Source of the DNA: a virus
Virus record (IMG/VR): IMGVR_UViG_3300005340_000038
Coordinates: 12,362 to 76,361 of that record
DNA: 64,000 nucleotides
Strand: one strand, 5' to 3'
Position 1 is the first letter of the stretch, and every line of letters begins with the position of its first letter. The position numbers and the translations under genes were made by a program. Below are positions 38,179 through 48,050 of this stretch, one piece after another. Below the pieces are notes generated by a model. The model was not told the DNA's origin. It worked only from the letters and a program-made list of their open reading frames with translations, and ran no database searches.

Positions 38179-39240
38179 ATGGCGAAACGTGCATCAACAG
38201 TGGCAATTATGAGCAATGGGCACATGGACGAAGCAGAGGTAGAGGAAATGACACCTATCATCGAGAGCGACATTGACAATGCAGGGCGAGATGGCAACTA
38301 CACGATTAAGTCTAGAGAAGAGGTATGCAGCGTTGATCGATGCCGCCTCTATCTGACCTACAACACCTACGAGCATCAGCGCCCGATTCGTGGGCATCAC
38401 GTCGCGGGGCTCAATGTTGAGATGCGGCAAGGAACGTTCCGGCAGAGCACCGACATCTGCCTCGGAGTCGTGCGCGGCAAGAAAATGCTGATGGATGGGC
38501 AACATCGCCTACTAGCCGCATGCATGTGCGATATCCCTCAGCAATTTACGATCAAAGAATACCATCTTGACTCAATGGCCCAATTTGCCTCGCTCTATGC
38601 GACATTTGACCGGCACCTCATCAGGAGCCATATGGATGCGATGGGCGCATTTGGCGCAGCAGAAGAGGCGGGGGTGACGAAGAGTTTTATCCGCCGAGCT
38701 ATTAGCGCGTTCCCCCTGTTGTCTACAGGTTTTGGACCGCGCATCCAGCATTGGTCTCAACCGATCATGCGAAGCTCCAATATCCGGTACAAGATGCTAC
38801 TAGATTGGAAACGGGAGATTCATTTTTATTCTGATGATTTAACTGGCAGTAAAGATGCCGGATCTGTTAAAGGCAACATGATGCTGCGGCAAGCCGTCAT
38901 GGCGCTAGCTTTTGTAACATACCGATACCAACAGGAAAAAGCGCATGAGTTTTGGAGCGGGATTGCTCGTGATGATGGACTCAAAGTAGGCGACCCGCGC
39001 AAGGTAGCGTTGAATTTTCTTTTTAACAATGATACGCACGCATACTCTCCGTCTATGTATTGCCGTTTCCTTGCCTCGGCCTGGAATTCGTTCTACGCCA
39101 GCAAGGAGCGTAATAATATGCGGTCGGGCAATGCCGGGAACCCGATTCATATTGCCGGGACGCCGCATACAAGCAGGCAAGTCATGGTCTACGTAACGAG
39201 AGGTGGAGACGTTTTGCATGACCCAATTCCGTTTGAATAA
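38179..39240 (+). CDS. ParB/DndB-like DGQHR-domain protein
   Basis: NTYEHQRPI..V..EMRQGTF..LMDGQHRLLA. Start reassigned to ATG 38179 after GGAGG, because the longer ORF overlaps the repeat tract. Confidence 0.75.
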   Translation: MAKRASTVAIMSNGHMDEAEVEEMTPIIESDIDNAGRDGNYTIKSREEVCSVDRCRLYLTYNTYEHQRPIRGHHVAGLNVEMRQGTFRQSTDICLGVVRGKKMLMDGQHRLLAACMCDIPQQFTIKEYHLDSMAQFASLYATFDRHLIRSHMDAMGAFGAAEEAGVTKSFIRRAISAFPLLSTGFGPRIQHWSQPIMRSSNIRYKMLLDWKREIHFYSDDLTGSKDAGSVKGNMMLRQAVMALAFVTYRYQQEKAHEFWSGIARDDGLKVGDPRKVALNFLFNNDTHAYSPSMYCRFLASAWNSFYASKERNNMRSGNAGNPIHIAGTPHTSRQVMVYVTRGGDVLHDPIPFE

Positions 39241-39253
39241 AGGAGGCCGAATA

Positions 39254-39514
39254 ATGAGCAACATCATGGGACTCGACGCATCAGTGATGCCGGATATGAT
39301 CCTTATGCTTCTGCGTAACCCTGAAGTCACCGCTCACATGAAGCATCAGGAGATTGACGAGGCGATAGAGCTACTCGTCAGAGCCGACGCGATAAAGGCG
39401 AGCGGCAGTCTCAATCGCCAGGCCGAGAGGCATCACACACCAGCCGCGAGGGCATTGGGCGACCTAATGGCGATGTCTAGTATGGAGCCAGAGATCATGG
39501 ATTGCGATTCATGA
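39254..39514 (+). CDS. Hypothetical protein
   Basis: AGGAGG RBS before MSNIMG. Confidence 0.5.
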   Translation: MSNIMGLDASVMPDMILMLLRNPEVTAHMKHQEIDEAIELLVRADAIKASGSLNRQAERHHTPAARALGDLMAMSSMEPEIMDCDS

Positions 39515-39521
39515 GCATCAT

Positions 39522-39810
39522 ATGATCAAGATATTACTAGGTGTAGCATTTATACTTTGGGTATATACTATATATGTTCTACTGAGAGATATTAACTAAC
39601 AGGGAGGGATATGAATAGATGAGTCTTCTAGGTGTCGTCATAGTCGCATTGTTGTCTATATTGATCTACAAGTATTTTACTGAGCATGGCAATCCGGGAG
39701 AATGAGAGAACGTTATGGTGCGGGAAGCAGTACTCCTAGCCGTCACTATCGTCCTTATAATGGCGACATGGGGCGTATATGTGTGGCTGATGTACAACAA
39801 AGATGAATAA
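39522..39810 (+). CDS. Three tandem single-TM microproteins (39522-39599, 39619-39705, 39715-39810)
   Basis: MIKILLGVAFILWVYTIYVLLRDIN; MSLLGVVIVALLSILIYKYFTEHGNPGE; MVREAVLLAVTIVLIMATWGVYVWLMYNKDE. Confidence 0.5.
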
Positions 39811-39914
39811 GTGTGGATTGTGCAGGGTCAGTAGATGAGAGGGGCGGGGCAGGTGAAGGGTGAGAAATGCCCCGCCAAGGCACCCTAATTAATCATACAA
39901 GGACGGGAAGAATT

Positions 39915-41174
39915 ATGCAACGACCGATGGCGATTAGCGAACGTCGCATGCCGGAATTGGGGCGCATCCGTATGGGCGCCAAGCGCACGACCAAGAATAA
40001 GGCGGGGAAAGAGATCACATTCCCCACCTCGCTCGAAACATGGCGTCTCACAAGCCCAAGCCGAGAACGCCTGCTTGCCGCCGTTCAGCTTGGGTGGGGC
40101 GAGGAAGTCCAGCCTTGGCAATCCCCCGGCGGGCCACAGTGGGAACTCTATACCACGCTATCTGAGATCAATGTAGTTGTGCCGCCGTGGTCATCATTCA
40201 GCCGATTCTATGAGCAATGGGGCAGCAATCTCCTGGCGCGGCGTTGCGATGGCATGAATATTCTGGAGTCTAGCGAGGAGTCGGATATAGGTAGGCCCTG
40301 CATATGCATGGACCCTGACCAGAACGTGCCTGATAAATGCCCGTTGGTCACCCGGCTTCAAGTCATCATTCCTGAGCTGCCCGGTTTTGGCGTATGGCGC
40401 TTCGAGACGCATGGGATTAATAGCAGCATTGAGATGGCCGCCATCGTGCCATTTCTCGAAAAGCTGAGCTGCGAACGCACAATGGTCAACTGCGTACTCT
40501 CTATCGTGTCGCAGTCCAGCCGAGATAAGACGACAGGGCAGACGCGGCGATACAAGGTGGGCACGATCCAGCCGCGCCACGCTACCATGCTAGAGCTTGT
40601 GGCAGGGATGGTGCCCGATTCAGCCCTAGCGATACCACGCACTCCAGACCGCAAGCAGATACAGGCAGCGATGGGCGACCTGGGCTACGGAGATGAAGAT
40701 ATCCCTGTCCAGCACCACTCTATGATTGGGGATAGGATGCGAGAGTCGGAACCAAACCCGTTTGCCCCAGGGGGTGAATACGAGCATATTTCCGCTCCGG
40801 CGCAGGGCAGGCCGGAGGCTACGATTGTCCCTGAGGTAGATGACCCTGACGGCAGCCTTGCCGAGATGCTGCGCCAATGCGATTCGTTGTTGTCGTTCGT
40901 GGGTGACGAGAGGTTTGTATCCGACCTCCTGACGCAGATATTCCACGGCAAGCCCGCTACCCGTGAATCGCTCGCCAAGGTGCCCGTAGCCGGTCGCGCT
41001 CGCGTGCTGCGCGTGTTGCGCCACTGCGTACAGGAGATCAAGCGCACGCATATGCCCCCGGCTGGCCGACTGCCCGAGTGGGTGCAGGAGGAGCGGAAGC
41101 GGATCGAGTCGATGACGGTACCGGCTGGCGATGGGGATAAGGCAAAGACTGAGGCGCTGAGCCTGGAGGGCTAA
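39915..41174 (+). CDS. Gp3-like (recombination directionality factor-like) phage recombination protein
   Basis: RRMPELGRIRMG..P..LETWRLTS..RRCDG..C.C..C..TRLQVIIPELPGFGVWRFETHG. Confidence 0.7.
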   Translation: MQRPMAISERRMPELGRIRMGAKRTTKNKAGKEITFPTSLETWRLTSPSRERLLAAVQLGWGEEVQPWQSPGGPQWELYTTLSEINVVVPPWSSFSRFYEQWGSNLLARRCDGMNILESSEESDIGRPCICMDPDQNVPDKCPLVTRLQVIIPELPGFGVWRFETHGINSSIEMAAIVPFLEKLSCERTMVNCVLSIVSQSSRDKTTGQTRRYKVGTIQPRHATMLELVAGMVPDSALAIPRTPDRKQIQAAMGDLGYGDEDIPVQHHSMIGDRMRESEPNPFAPGGEYEHISAPAQGRPEATIVPEVDDPDGSLAEMLRQCDSLLSFVGDERFVSDLLTQIFHGKPATRESLAKVPVAGRARVLRVLRHCVQEIKRTHMPPAGRLPEWVQEERKRIESMTVPAGDGDKAKTEALSLEG

Positions 41175-41177
41175 GTA

Positions 41178-41381
41178 ATGCCGAAATGCAAGGGGTGTGC
41201 TGATCTCGGGATAGAGTCGGGGGCAGATTGCGTATCCGATGGTGAGTTTTACTGTGATATGTGCTTCGCATTCCACGAAGTCTACAAGAAAGTCAACGCT
41301 ATGATTAAGGCGTTAGACGATCTCAAAGAGGTAGCTGAGGAGCTACCAGGGCAAGTGAGACGACTACTCAACGAGGCATAA
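41178..41381 (+). CDS. Small Zn-finger protein
   Basis: CKGC..CDMC. Confidence 0.5.
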   Translation: MPKCKGCADLGIESGADCVSDGEFYCDMCFAFHEVYKKVNAMIKALDDLKEVAEELPGQVRRLLNEA

Positions 41382-41386
41382 ACGCG

Positions 41387-41884
41387 ATGTCGAAAGCCTA
41401 TCCAGAGAGCAAGTTTATTCGGGAAACAATGGACCTCTTATATAAGAGCCATTGGCACGGGTTCCATGATTGGGCCGTCAATTTCAAGCATATCAATATC
41501 CCTGGCTATCCCGATATACAGGCTCTTTGGGCAGGCTCCTCACGCGCGACATCTTTTATCGTCGATCTGAAGGTTGATGGCAGGCAATTGACGCCTGAGC
41601 AAGACTCGTGGCTCATGCATTTCCATATGTGCGGATATAATACCTTTGTCTGGCGTGAAGAACATTGGGACATGATGATTCATCACATCACTAATCATAT
41701 ATTGCCACCAATGGAATCCAGACACGGTTGGTACGCTCTGAATGAAGGGTATAGACGCACCATCAAAGATGTTATGACCATCGATGAGATATTGGAGGCA
41801 AGAGAAAAACGTAGACTCAAGACAATAGGTAAACGACGGGGAAAAGCGCCAACATCGAAAACCACCCGAACCAAGGATAGCTAG
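41387..41884 (+). CDS. VRR-NUC-like nuclease
   Basis: ESKF..PGYPDI..IVDLKVDGRQLTPEQDSW. Confidence 0.7.
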   Translation: MSKAYPESKFIRETMDLLYKSHWHGFHDWAVNFKHINIPGYPDIQALWAGSSRATSFIVDLKVDGRQLTPEQDSWLMHFHMCGYNTFVWREEHWDMMIHHITNHILPPMESRHGWYALNEGYRRTIKDVMTIDEILEAREKRRLKTIGKRRGKAPTSKTTRTKDS

Positions 41885-41896
41885 AGGGAGTCAACC

Positions 41897-42931
41897 ATGG
41901 CTCAGGTCCTTATGATTACGAACGATGAGCAGGAATCGCAGCATGCATTGTCCATAGGCCCCGTAATCAGCCAGAATCCCAGGATGCGAGCCATCTATGA
42001 TATGGTGTCTCGCGTGGCGCAGACGAACGCTACCGTGCTCATTACGGGCGAGACGGGCACGGGCAAAGAACTGATCGCCAACTCGCTGCACGCGCAAAGC
42101 CCCAGGCGCAAGGGACCATTTGTCGCTGTCAACTGCGCCGCATTGCCCAACGATCTCATCGAGAGCGAGCTATTCGGGCACGAGCGGGGCACATTCACAG
42201 GCGCATATCAACGCCACATCGGCAAATTTGAGCAGGCGGATGGCGGGACGCTATTCCTTGATGAGATTGGTAGCCTGCCCGTTCATCAGCAAGCCAAACT
42301 CCTGCGCGTCATCCAATCACGTCTCGTAGACCGCATCGGCAGCATCAGACCCACGCCCGTAGATATCCGCATCGTTGCCGCTACAAATGAACCCATCTCG
42401 GCACTCGTGCAGAAAAAGCTATTCAGGGAAGACCTATACTACCGGCTCAATGTCGTCTCGGTCGATCTGCCACCCCTAAGAGAACGCAGGGGCGATATCC
42501 CCCTACTCGCTAATTACTTTTTGGCGAACCTATCCGCTACAGTCGGCAGGCACCTGGAACTGACGGATGAGGCAATGGCATGCCTCGTACAATATGAGTG
42601 GCCTGGCAATGTCAGGGAGTTAGAGAACCTGATAGATCGGCTGATCGTGGTCATTCACCGTAAGCTGAAGAAAATAGGGATTTGCCACCTACGTAAAATA
42701 AACTTCAATGTACATAATGTCAAAGACGAATCTTCGCGTGACGTAGGATCATTGTTCGATATTAGTGATATCAATGAGGCAAAAAACGCATTCGAGGAAC
42801 GATTTATAATAAATGCCTTGAAGCGTAATAATTGGAATCACACAAAGACAGCTAAGGACATTTGTATACATCGCAACACACTCATTATGAAGATTGAAAA
42901 ATTCAACATAAGGGGCGCTAGCGATGAATGA
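41897..42931 (+). CDS. Sigma54-dependent enhancer-binding activator (AAA+ plus Fis HTH) without a receiver domain
   Basis: VLITGETGTGKE, ESELFGHERGTFTGA, GGTLFLDEIG, FREDLYYRLNV, WPGNVRELEN, C-terminal HTH. Confidence 0.93.
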   Translation: MAQVLMITNDEQESQHALSIGPVISQNPRMRAIYDMVSRVAQTNATVLITGETGTGKELIANSLHAQSPRRKGPFVAVNCAALPNDLIESELFGHERGTFTGAYQRHIGKFEQADGGTLFLDEIGSLPVHQQAKLLRVIQSRLVDRIGSIRPTPVDIRIVAATNEPISALVQKKLFREDLYYRLNVVSVDLPPLRERRGDIPLLANYFLANLSATVGRHLELTDEAMACLVQYEWPGNVRELENLIDRLIVVIHRKLKKIGICHLRKINFNVHNVKDESSRDVGSLFDISDINEAKNAFEERFIINALKRNNWNHTKTAKDICIHRNTLIMKIEKFNIRGASDE

Positions 42932-43860
42932 TCATAGCCCCCTGCTCCTTTGCTCTGTCTGTGGCAAGCCAGTCCGTGGCACGGATTATAATCTCATCTA
43001 CCACGAGATCGTCCACACCGATTGGTCATGCTCAGGGCGAGTCATCAACAGACTCGCTATACCCTGCTCCTATCGCCTCAGATGGGTCGCTAGCGGCATG
43101 ACACTAGGTGCGGCTCTGACGATTATCGGACTGGCTTTGTACGGCCATCTCCGCATCGCATGGGGGTGGTAGGCATGAACGGAAGTAGTTAGGCCGCCAT
43201 AAGATCGCCTGTAAGAGCCTTCAGTCTACCATCCGGCACCTCAACCGAGATGCGGATGTTCAGCGCATTATTCTGGGCGAGGCGAGAAGCTTCCGCCACT
43301 GTCGCACCCCAGGGGCTATTGAAATCACAGACATTGACGCGGGCGGCGTGCGAATTGTTGCCTATGATGAATACGGCAAACGAGAATTGTATATCAAGAC
43401 AAGCCAGCCGCTACGCATTGCAGACTTTCTGAGCGGGGGAAAATGACATGGCTATTGCAACCACAACAACTACGTGTTGGCATTGCGGGCGCATCTTTTA
43501 CGCTGACGCGATGGGGATCAACCATACATGCTGCGAGTGCCAGGAGAAAGGCCACGCTGACCGCATGCCGGGGTTCTGGCCTTATGCCTGCGAGCAATGC
43601 CACCGCGACGAGATGAGTGATACAGAATCAAACGGAGTTGATTTCGATGATTGACGAGATTGAGTATCCAGGCGAGAAATATTGCGACCAGTTCGACTGT
43701 AGGGAGAAGGCAAAGATTCACTTGGAGTGTTGGCGGCTTGATGCGCCACAAAAGCCGCACAGAGTGGTATACTTATGCTACCGACATTTTCAGCGGGTGG
43801 TCAATATAGGCGAGTTCATGGATATCGCGGGAATGCGTAATCTAGATGCGATGGGGTAGG

Positions 43861-44415
43861 CTATTGCTGCTCTGCGCGAGGGGAGATATAATCCCGGCTG
43901 ATGACCTGGAGCCTCCCTTTCATGTCGTCTAAAGACCGCTCTAGTGACCTTATACGCTCGTCCCAACGCAGGCTGAAAGACTCAATGCGAGTGAACATAT
44001 CCTTGATGTCCTGCCCGCGTGATTCTAGCGTCTCGATGCGGAGTTGGGTCACAGCCATCTCTTTGTTGATCGCGCCCTGTTCTTTGTTAAGTGATTGAAT
44101 ATTATCGAATAAAGTCTGCACGGACTGTTGGTATTTGCTGGTAATATCTTTATTTAACTCGACAGCGGCTTGTATTGTCTGGCTATTGCGCTCGATGGAG
44201 TTCCATATCTTGATGCGATCCTCTCGGCTACCCTGCCAGTCAAGCCATACCGACGCAGATACAGCGAAGATGGCAGCGAGCACGGGGCTAATAATGCCGA
44301 TAAATAGGGGGTTCTCCCATACTCGTTTTAAGCTGGTCTCACCAGGGGGCGGCGACAGTGGCATGGGTTCCCCTTTGTGGTCTAATAATGTAGGCTCGGG
44401 GAACATATATATCAC
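43861..44415 (-). CDS. Membrane-anchored coiled-coil protein
   Basis: One TM segment followed by a long heptad-rich region. Confidence 0.6.
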   Translation of the reverse strand: MIYMFPEPTLLDHKGEPMPLSPPPGETSLKRVWENPLFIGIISPVLAAIFAVSASVWLDWQGSREDRIKIWNSIERNSQTIQAAVELNKDITSKYQQSVQTLFDNIQSLNKEQGAINKEMAVTQLRIETLESRGQDIKDMFTRIESFSLRWDERIRSLERSLDDMKGRLQVISRDYISPRAEQQ

Positions 44416-44809
44416 TCCATGTTGCCATCATATAGTGCCCTTATCTCAGGTTGCATCCGTGCTAGGTCGGTTGGCGCTTGCCTAGCACGGTACTCGGTGG
44501 GTGGATTGGTTACCCACCCACCGGGGCGCGTATTCATAAATCACATTTTTACATTATAGTATAGCGGATTTGTCATTGACTTTCTATATTTTGACTTTTA
44601 AATGGTTAAAATAAAGTCACCTTGTCCCTGTAGATTACAGAATAGACGTGAGATATAGCAGAGATGACGTGATTACGCGCATAGGACACAAATCAGAATA
44701 GGGGTATGAGGGGGCAGGCTCTTACATAACGCGCATATAAGGGGAGGCCAGTCTTTACAGTGATTCGTGTGGCTGGCAGACCCGCGTGGGGCCTGCCCCT
44801 TGGGGTGGG

Positions 44810-45499
44810 TTAGTAGCGTTTATTCCCGTGCCGTATCGGGCGAGACTTGTTGTACTCGTGCTTGGCGACGATGGCTTCGGCGAGGGGGTAGCCGCGTAGT
44901 TGGGCTATGGCCATGATGCTTAATGCTAAATTAGCCAAGTTTGATACAAAATTCGCCCCTCGCCAGTCACCAATATAGCCTGATGTTATCATGCAATGAT
45001 TGAGACGAATTATTAATGTTGCCTGCACATCAAGATCATCCTGATAATCTAGGCTCGGCATATAGACAGGCTCATTTAGAAAATGGAATAAATCTACCGT
45101 GTCGGTTAGCCTGCTGTAAGCTTCGATGAATGGGCAGAGATCACGCGAGACTAGCTCTTCATCTTCTAAGTTCCTGCCAGCATCCCATCCAAATGTAAGG
45201 TTAGCCATTTTTCTACTGAGATCAATGCCGAGATGCGCCGCCATGTCCATAATGCGGATTATCGTATCCGCTAGCTCTTCGTGTATTCCCTGAAAATCGG
45301 GTATATGCTCAGACGGCCCAGGCTTACGTATCGCCTCCACTCCCTCGCCTAAACACTCGCTAGCGATCAGCATCAGCAGCCCATAAACCGAACGAGGTTG
45401 ATCCCACCACCCCTTAGCTTTAGCTAGCTCGTGTACATCATGGCTCATACGGTCAAACGCTACGGCGAAATCGACACAGACTTGGAGCAGATCAGTCAT
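44810..45499 (-). CDS. MazG-like NTP pyrophosphohydrolase with internal insertion
   Basis: AKAKGWW..LIASECLGEGVEAIRK..EELADTIIRIMD and C-terminal AIVAKHEYNKSRPIRHG. Confidence 0.8.
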   Translation of the reverse strand: MTDLLQVCVDFAVAFDRMSHDVHELAKAKGWWDQPRSVYGLLMLIASECLGEGVEAIRKPGPSEHIPDFQGIHEELADTIIRIMDMAAHLGIDLSRKMANLTFGWDAGRNLEDEELVSRDLCPFIEAYSRLTDTVDLFHFLNEPVYMPSLDYQDDLDVQATLIIRLNHCMITSGYIGDWRGANFVSNLANLALSIMAIAQLRGYPLAEAIVAKHEYNKSRPIRHGNKRY

Positions 45500-45524
45500 T
45501 GAGTACCTCCTATTTATAGCAAAC

Positions 45525-45553
45525 TTGACATAAATCTGATATTTGACTACTAT
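45525..45553 (+). promoter_or_regulatory. Sigma70-type promoter for the mucR-like gene
   Basis: TTGACA-N17-TACTAT. Confidence 0.55.
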
Positions 45554-45620
45554 TCTACACTATCATATAGACTAGATCAATCGTGTATATGCTATTAGTT
45601 AACACTAAGGAGGCTCACTT

Positions 45621-46127
45621 ATGTCTCAGTCCGTTCTTGAAATGGCAAAAGACTTGACCGCAGCGCTTATCAACTCAGGTCAATTGACATGCGATACGAT
45701 GCCAGGGAGTTTACAATCCACCTACATCATATTGGCCGAGATCGATTACAGAGAGAAGAACCCCGCACCAAAGGCTGAAGCCGTGGCGCCTCAAGCCTCG
45801 GCGCAGAGTTGGCGGCAAAGCATTCATAAGCACACCATTACCTGCCTCGTGTGTGGGCAGGACTTTAAACAGCTATCCGTGAGGCACCTAGAGACTCATG
45901 GCCTCGATAGCAAGAGTTACCGCGACCAGTTTGGCATCCCCCGCACGCAACATCTGGCGGCGAGAGCCACGACGCAGAGGCGCCAGGAAGTAGCGCAGGC
46001 GATACAGCCCTGGAAGCGAACCCCGAGATACATCCAGTCCCTCCGTAATAGAGACAACGGCACGGTAGCGGCAGAAGACGAACGTGCTACACCGCGGCGG
46101 CGCGGGCGTAAGGCGGTTGCGGTGTAA
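45621..46127 (+). CDS. mucR: MucR/Ros family zinc-finger transcriptional regulator
   Basis: SIHKHTITCLVCGQDFKQLSVRHLETHGL..SYRDQFGIP..L.A. Confidence 0.85.
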   Translation: MSQSVLEMAKDLTAALINSGQLTCDTMPGSLQSTYIILAEIDYREKNPAPKAEAVAPQASAQSWRQSIHKHTITCLVCGQDFKQLSVRHLETHGLDSKSYRDQFGIPRTQHLAARATTQRRQEVAQAIQPWKRTPRYIQSLRNRDNGTVAAEDERATPRRRGRKAVAV

Positions 46128-46157
46128 GTCGTATTGGCAGAAAGAGCGGAGGTGGAT

Positions 46158-46442
46158 ATGCCTGAGAAGGACGAATTGGTTAATCTCGTTCAAGTCATTA
46201 GAGACAATCCCGGATGTATCGCGACTATTGATAATGATTGTTGGTGGATAAATCCAGCTCCTCCGAAGCCTACAGAAGAAATGGATGATGAGGAATTTGA
46301 GCAGTGGCATGGAAACATCATTGCCCATTCTGATGGAATAATTCCACTAGGGGATGATGGATATGGCTCTGGCCGATGTTACGGCGGTGATATATTACAA
46401 GCCCTGGCAATGATCGTCGGCATTGAAATACGTAGCGTTTAA
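46158..46442 (+). CDS. Hypothetical phage protein
   Basis: GGAGG RBS; IDNDCWW..YGGDILQALA. Confidence 0.55.
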   Translation: MPEKDELVNLVQVIRDNPGCIATIDNDCWWINPAPPKPTEEMDDEEFEQWHGNIIAHSDGIIPLGDDGYGSGRCYGGDILQALAMIVGIEIRSV

Positions 46443-46492
46443 TTACAAACGGGCGTATAATCTGAGTCGGGTTCTGTATGGTTGGCAGGGTT

Positions 46493-46528
46493 AAAACCCC
46501 GAGTTGCCGTTTGGTGATTCGGGGTTTT
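46493..46528. terminator. Bidirectional intrinsic terminator between convergent genes
   Basis: AAAACCCCGAGT..ATTCGGGGTTTT. Confidence 0.65.
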
Positions 46529-46657
46529 GTATTGGAGCTAGTAACGCTTCTGGAAAATGTTTCCTACTAGATCAACAGCGCAAGCTCCTATTATGCCTAG
46601 CAGGATCACAGTACCTAGCCAAATCCAGAATGAGCTAAAAAATGAATTGTAATACGC

Positions 46658-47005
46658 CTAGCATACCTCTCTCCTGATTCCTATCAACTCCTGAGTCACT
46701 AGCCGCACGATGTCTCTATGCCCCTGCTCGGCGTCCTCCCATGTCGAATACCGGCGCGTGTATTGCTCGTCAATCTCGGTGATAAACTCGGCCGCATCTC
46801 GCCTATCCTGGTGCCTAAATACGTCAGTGCGGAAGATATCAGGCGACACACCGACGAACACGGTACTGACCTCGACCTTGCCGAATATGTAATGCTTGGC
46901 GACGATGAGGTGCTTAATGTGCGTCTCGCTGCGCCAGGTTAGATGGCGATCCATATCCGGCTCTTCTAGCACGGTGCGCCCGTCAGGGGCGAGGATGTAG
47001 TACAT
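46658..47005 (-). CDS. Conserved hypothetical phage protein
   Basis: EVSTVFVG..F.T.VF..RRYSTWEDAEQGH. Confidence 0.6.
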   Translation of the reverse strand: MYYILAPDGRTVLEEPDMDRHLTWRSETHIKHLIVAKHYIFGKVEVSTVFVGVSPDIFRTDVFRHQDRRDAAEFITEIDEQYTRRYSTWEDAEQGHRDIVRLVTQELIGIRREVC

Positions 47006-47302
47006 AGATTGCTCCTATAGGCCAAGCTGATGGCCGCACGTCACCCACCACCCATGGAACATGGACTTAAACGCCTCCGTGAAGTCGAGTGACCCATCTT
47101 CCCAGGGCGGACATTCCAGTTGTGACGCATCGCGGAGATAGGCGTATGCCGAGAGCTGCGGATTGTCGTCTAGGAACCGGGCGAGGATAGCCTTCTGTCG
47201 GTCGTCGTAGAACTGCGAGAGTCGCAAGGCGCGGCGAGTGTCTTCTAGGGTCATGGCGTGGTTCCTTTGTATAGTAGGTACGGATAAAGACATTTATCGG
47301 GA

Positions 47303-47623
47303 CTAATTATCGCGTGTGGGTTCTTCCAGATCGTCAATGAGCCTGATCGTTTCTTCGATGCACTCGATATTGTGAGCATAGTTTTGCTCGATGTCTTCAC
47401 GCTGTACCATAGCCTCATGGTGGAGTATCGCCCTAGCGGACTTGAACGAATCACAGAAGACATGCCCCATCTTGTAGAGCCGCGTATATACGCCGCGTTG
47501 GTGGCTAATGCTCTCGACTAGAAATTTCTCATTGTCTTCATCGATGACACGGTAAACGCGGACTTGAGGATCGCTACTAAGCAGTATTGGTACATATATG
47601 ATACGGGCCGTGGATTGGGTCAT
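47303..47623 (-). CDS. Hypothetical protein
   Basis: Coupled to the XRE gene. Confidence 0.5.
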   Translation of the reverse strand: MTQSTARIIYVPILLSSDPQVRVYRVIDEDNEKFLVESISHQRGVYTRLYKMGHVFCDSFKSARAILHHEAMVQREDIEQNYAHNIECIEETIRLIDDLEEPTRDN

Positions 47624-47862
47624 AGTTTGTTGTCCTTAAATTCATCGCTATTCCCAGCCAGATAATCCAGGGAGACATCTAGAGCCTTTGCTATCTGGCA
47701 TATTATAGAGAACCCTGGGTCTTTTGTCTTCCCTCGCATAATAGAGCTTAGACTTGTGCGAGAAATATGGATTTGTGACGCTAAATCCTGTTGCTTGATG
47801 CCCTTCTCGAACATAGCTAACCTAATCCTATACCCCAAATTGGGGATGCTGTTTTCTGTCAT
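47620..47862 (-). CDS. XRE-family HTH repressor
   Basis: LGYRIR..GIKQQDLASQIHISRTSLSSIMRG..IAKALDVSLDYL. Divergent from 48051. Confidence 0.85.
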   Translation of the reverse strand: MTENSIPNLGYRIRLAMFEKGIKQQDLASQIHISRTSLSSIMRGKTKDPGFSIICQIAKALDVSLDYLAGNSDEFKDNKL

Positions 47863-48050
47863 TATTCTCTTTCTATGTAACGCCATAGAGCACCAATCTA
47901 TCACAGGCATGATGATAACAGAAAAATAATGTAATCGCAACATATGAGATGCAGGATTTATTTTTGTCTTGTATTCTTGTCCCAATGTGCTATGCTTAGG
48001 TCACTCATGGGCAAGAGCGGGATGAGGAAACCAAAAGAGGAGCTACTCAG

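Noticed and set aside
44472-44486. Sigma54 promoter-like TGGCGC-N5-TAGC (also TGGCAC-N5-GCGC at 48296)
   Set aside because: Imperfect -12 elements. One has no nearby downstream + strand gene and the other lies within a start codon region.
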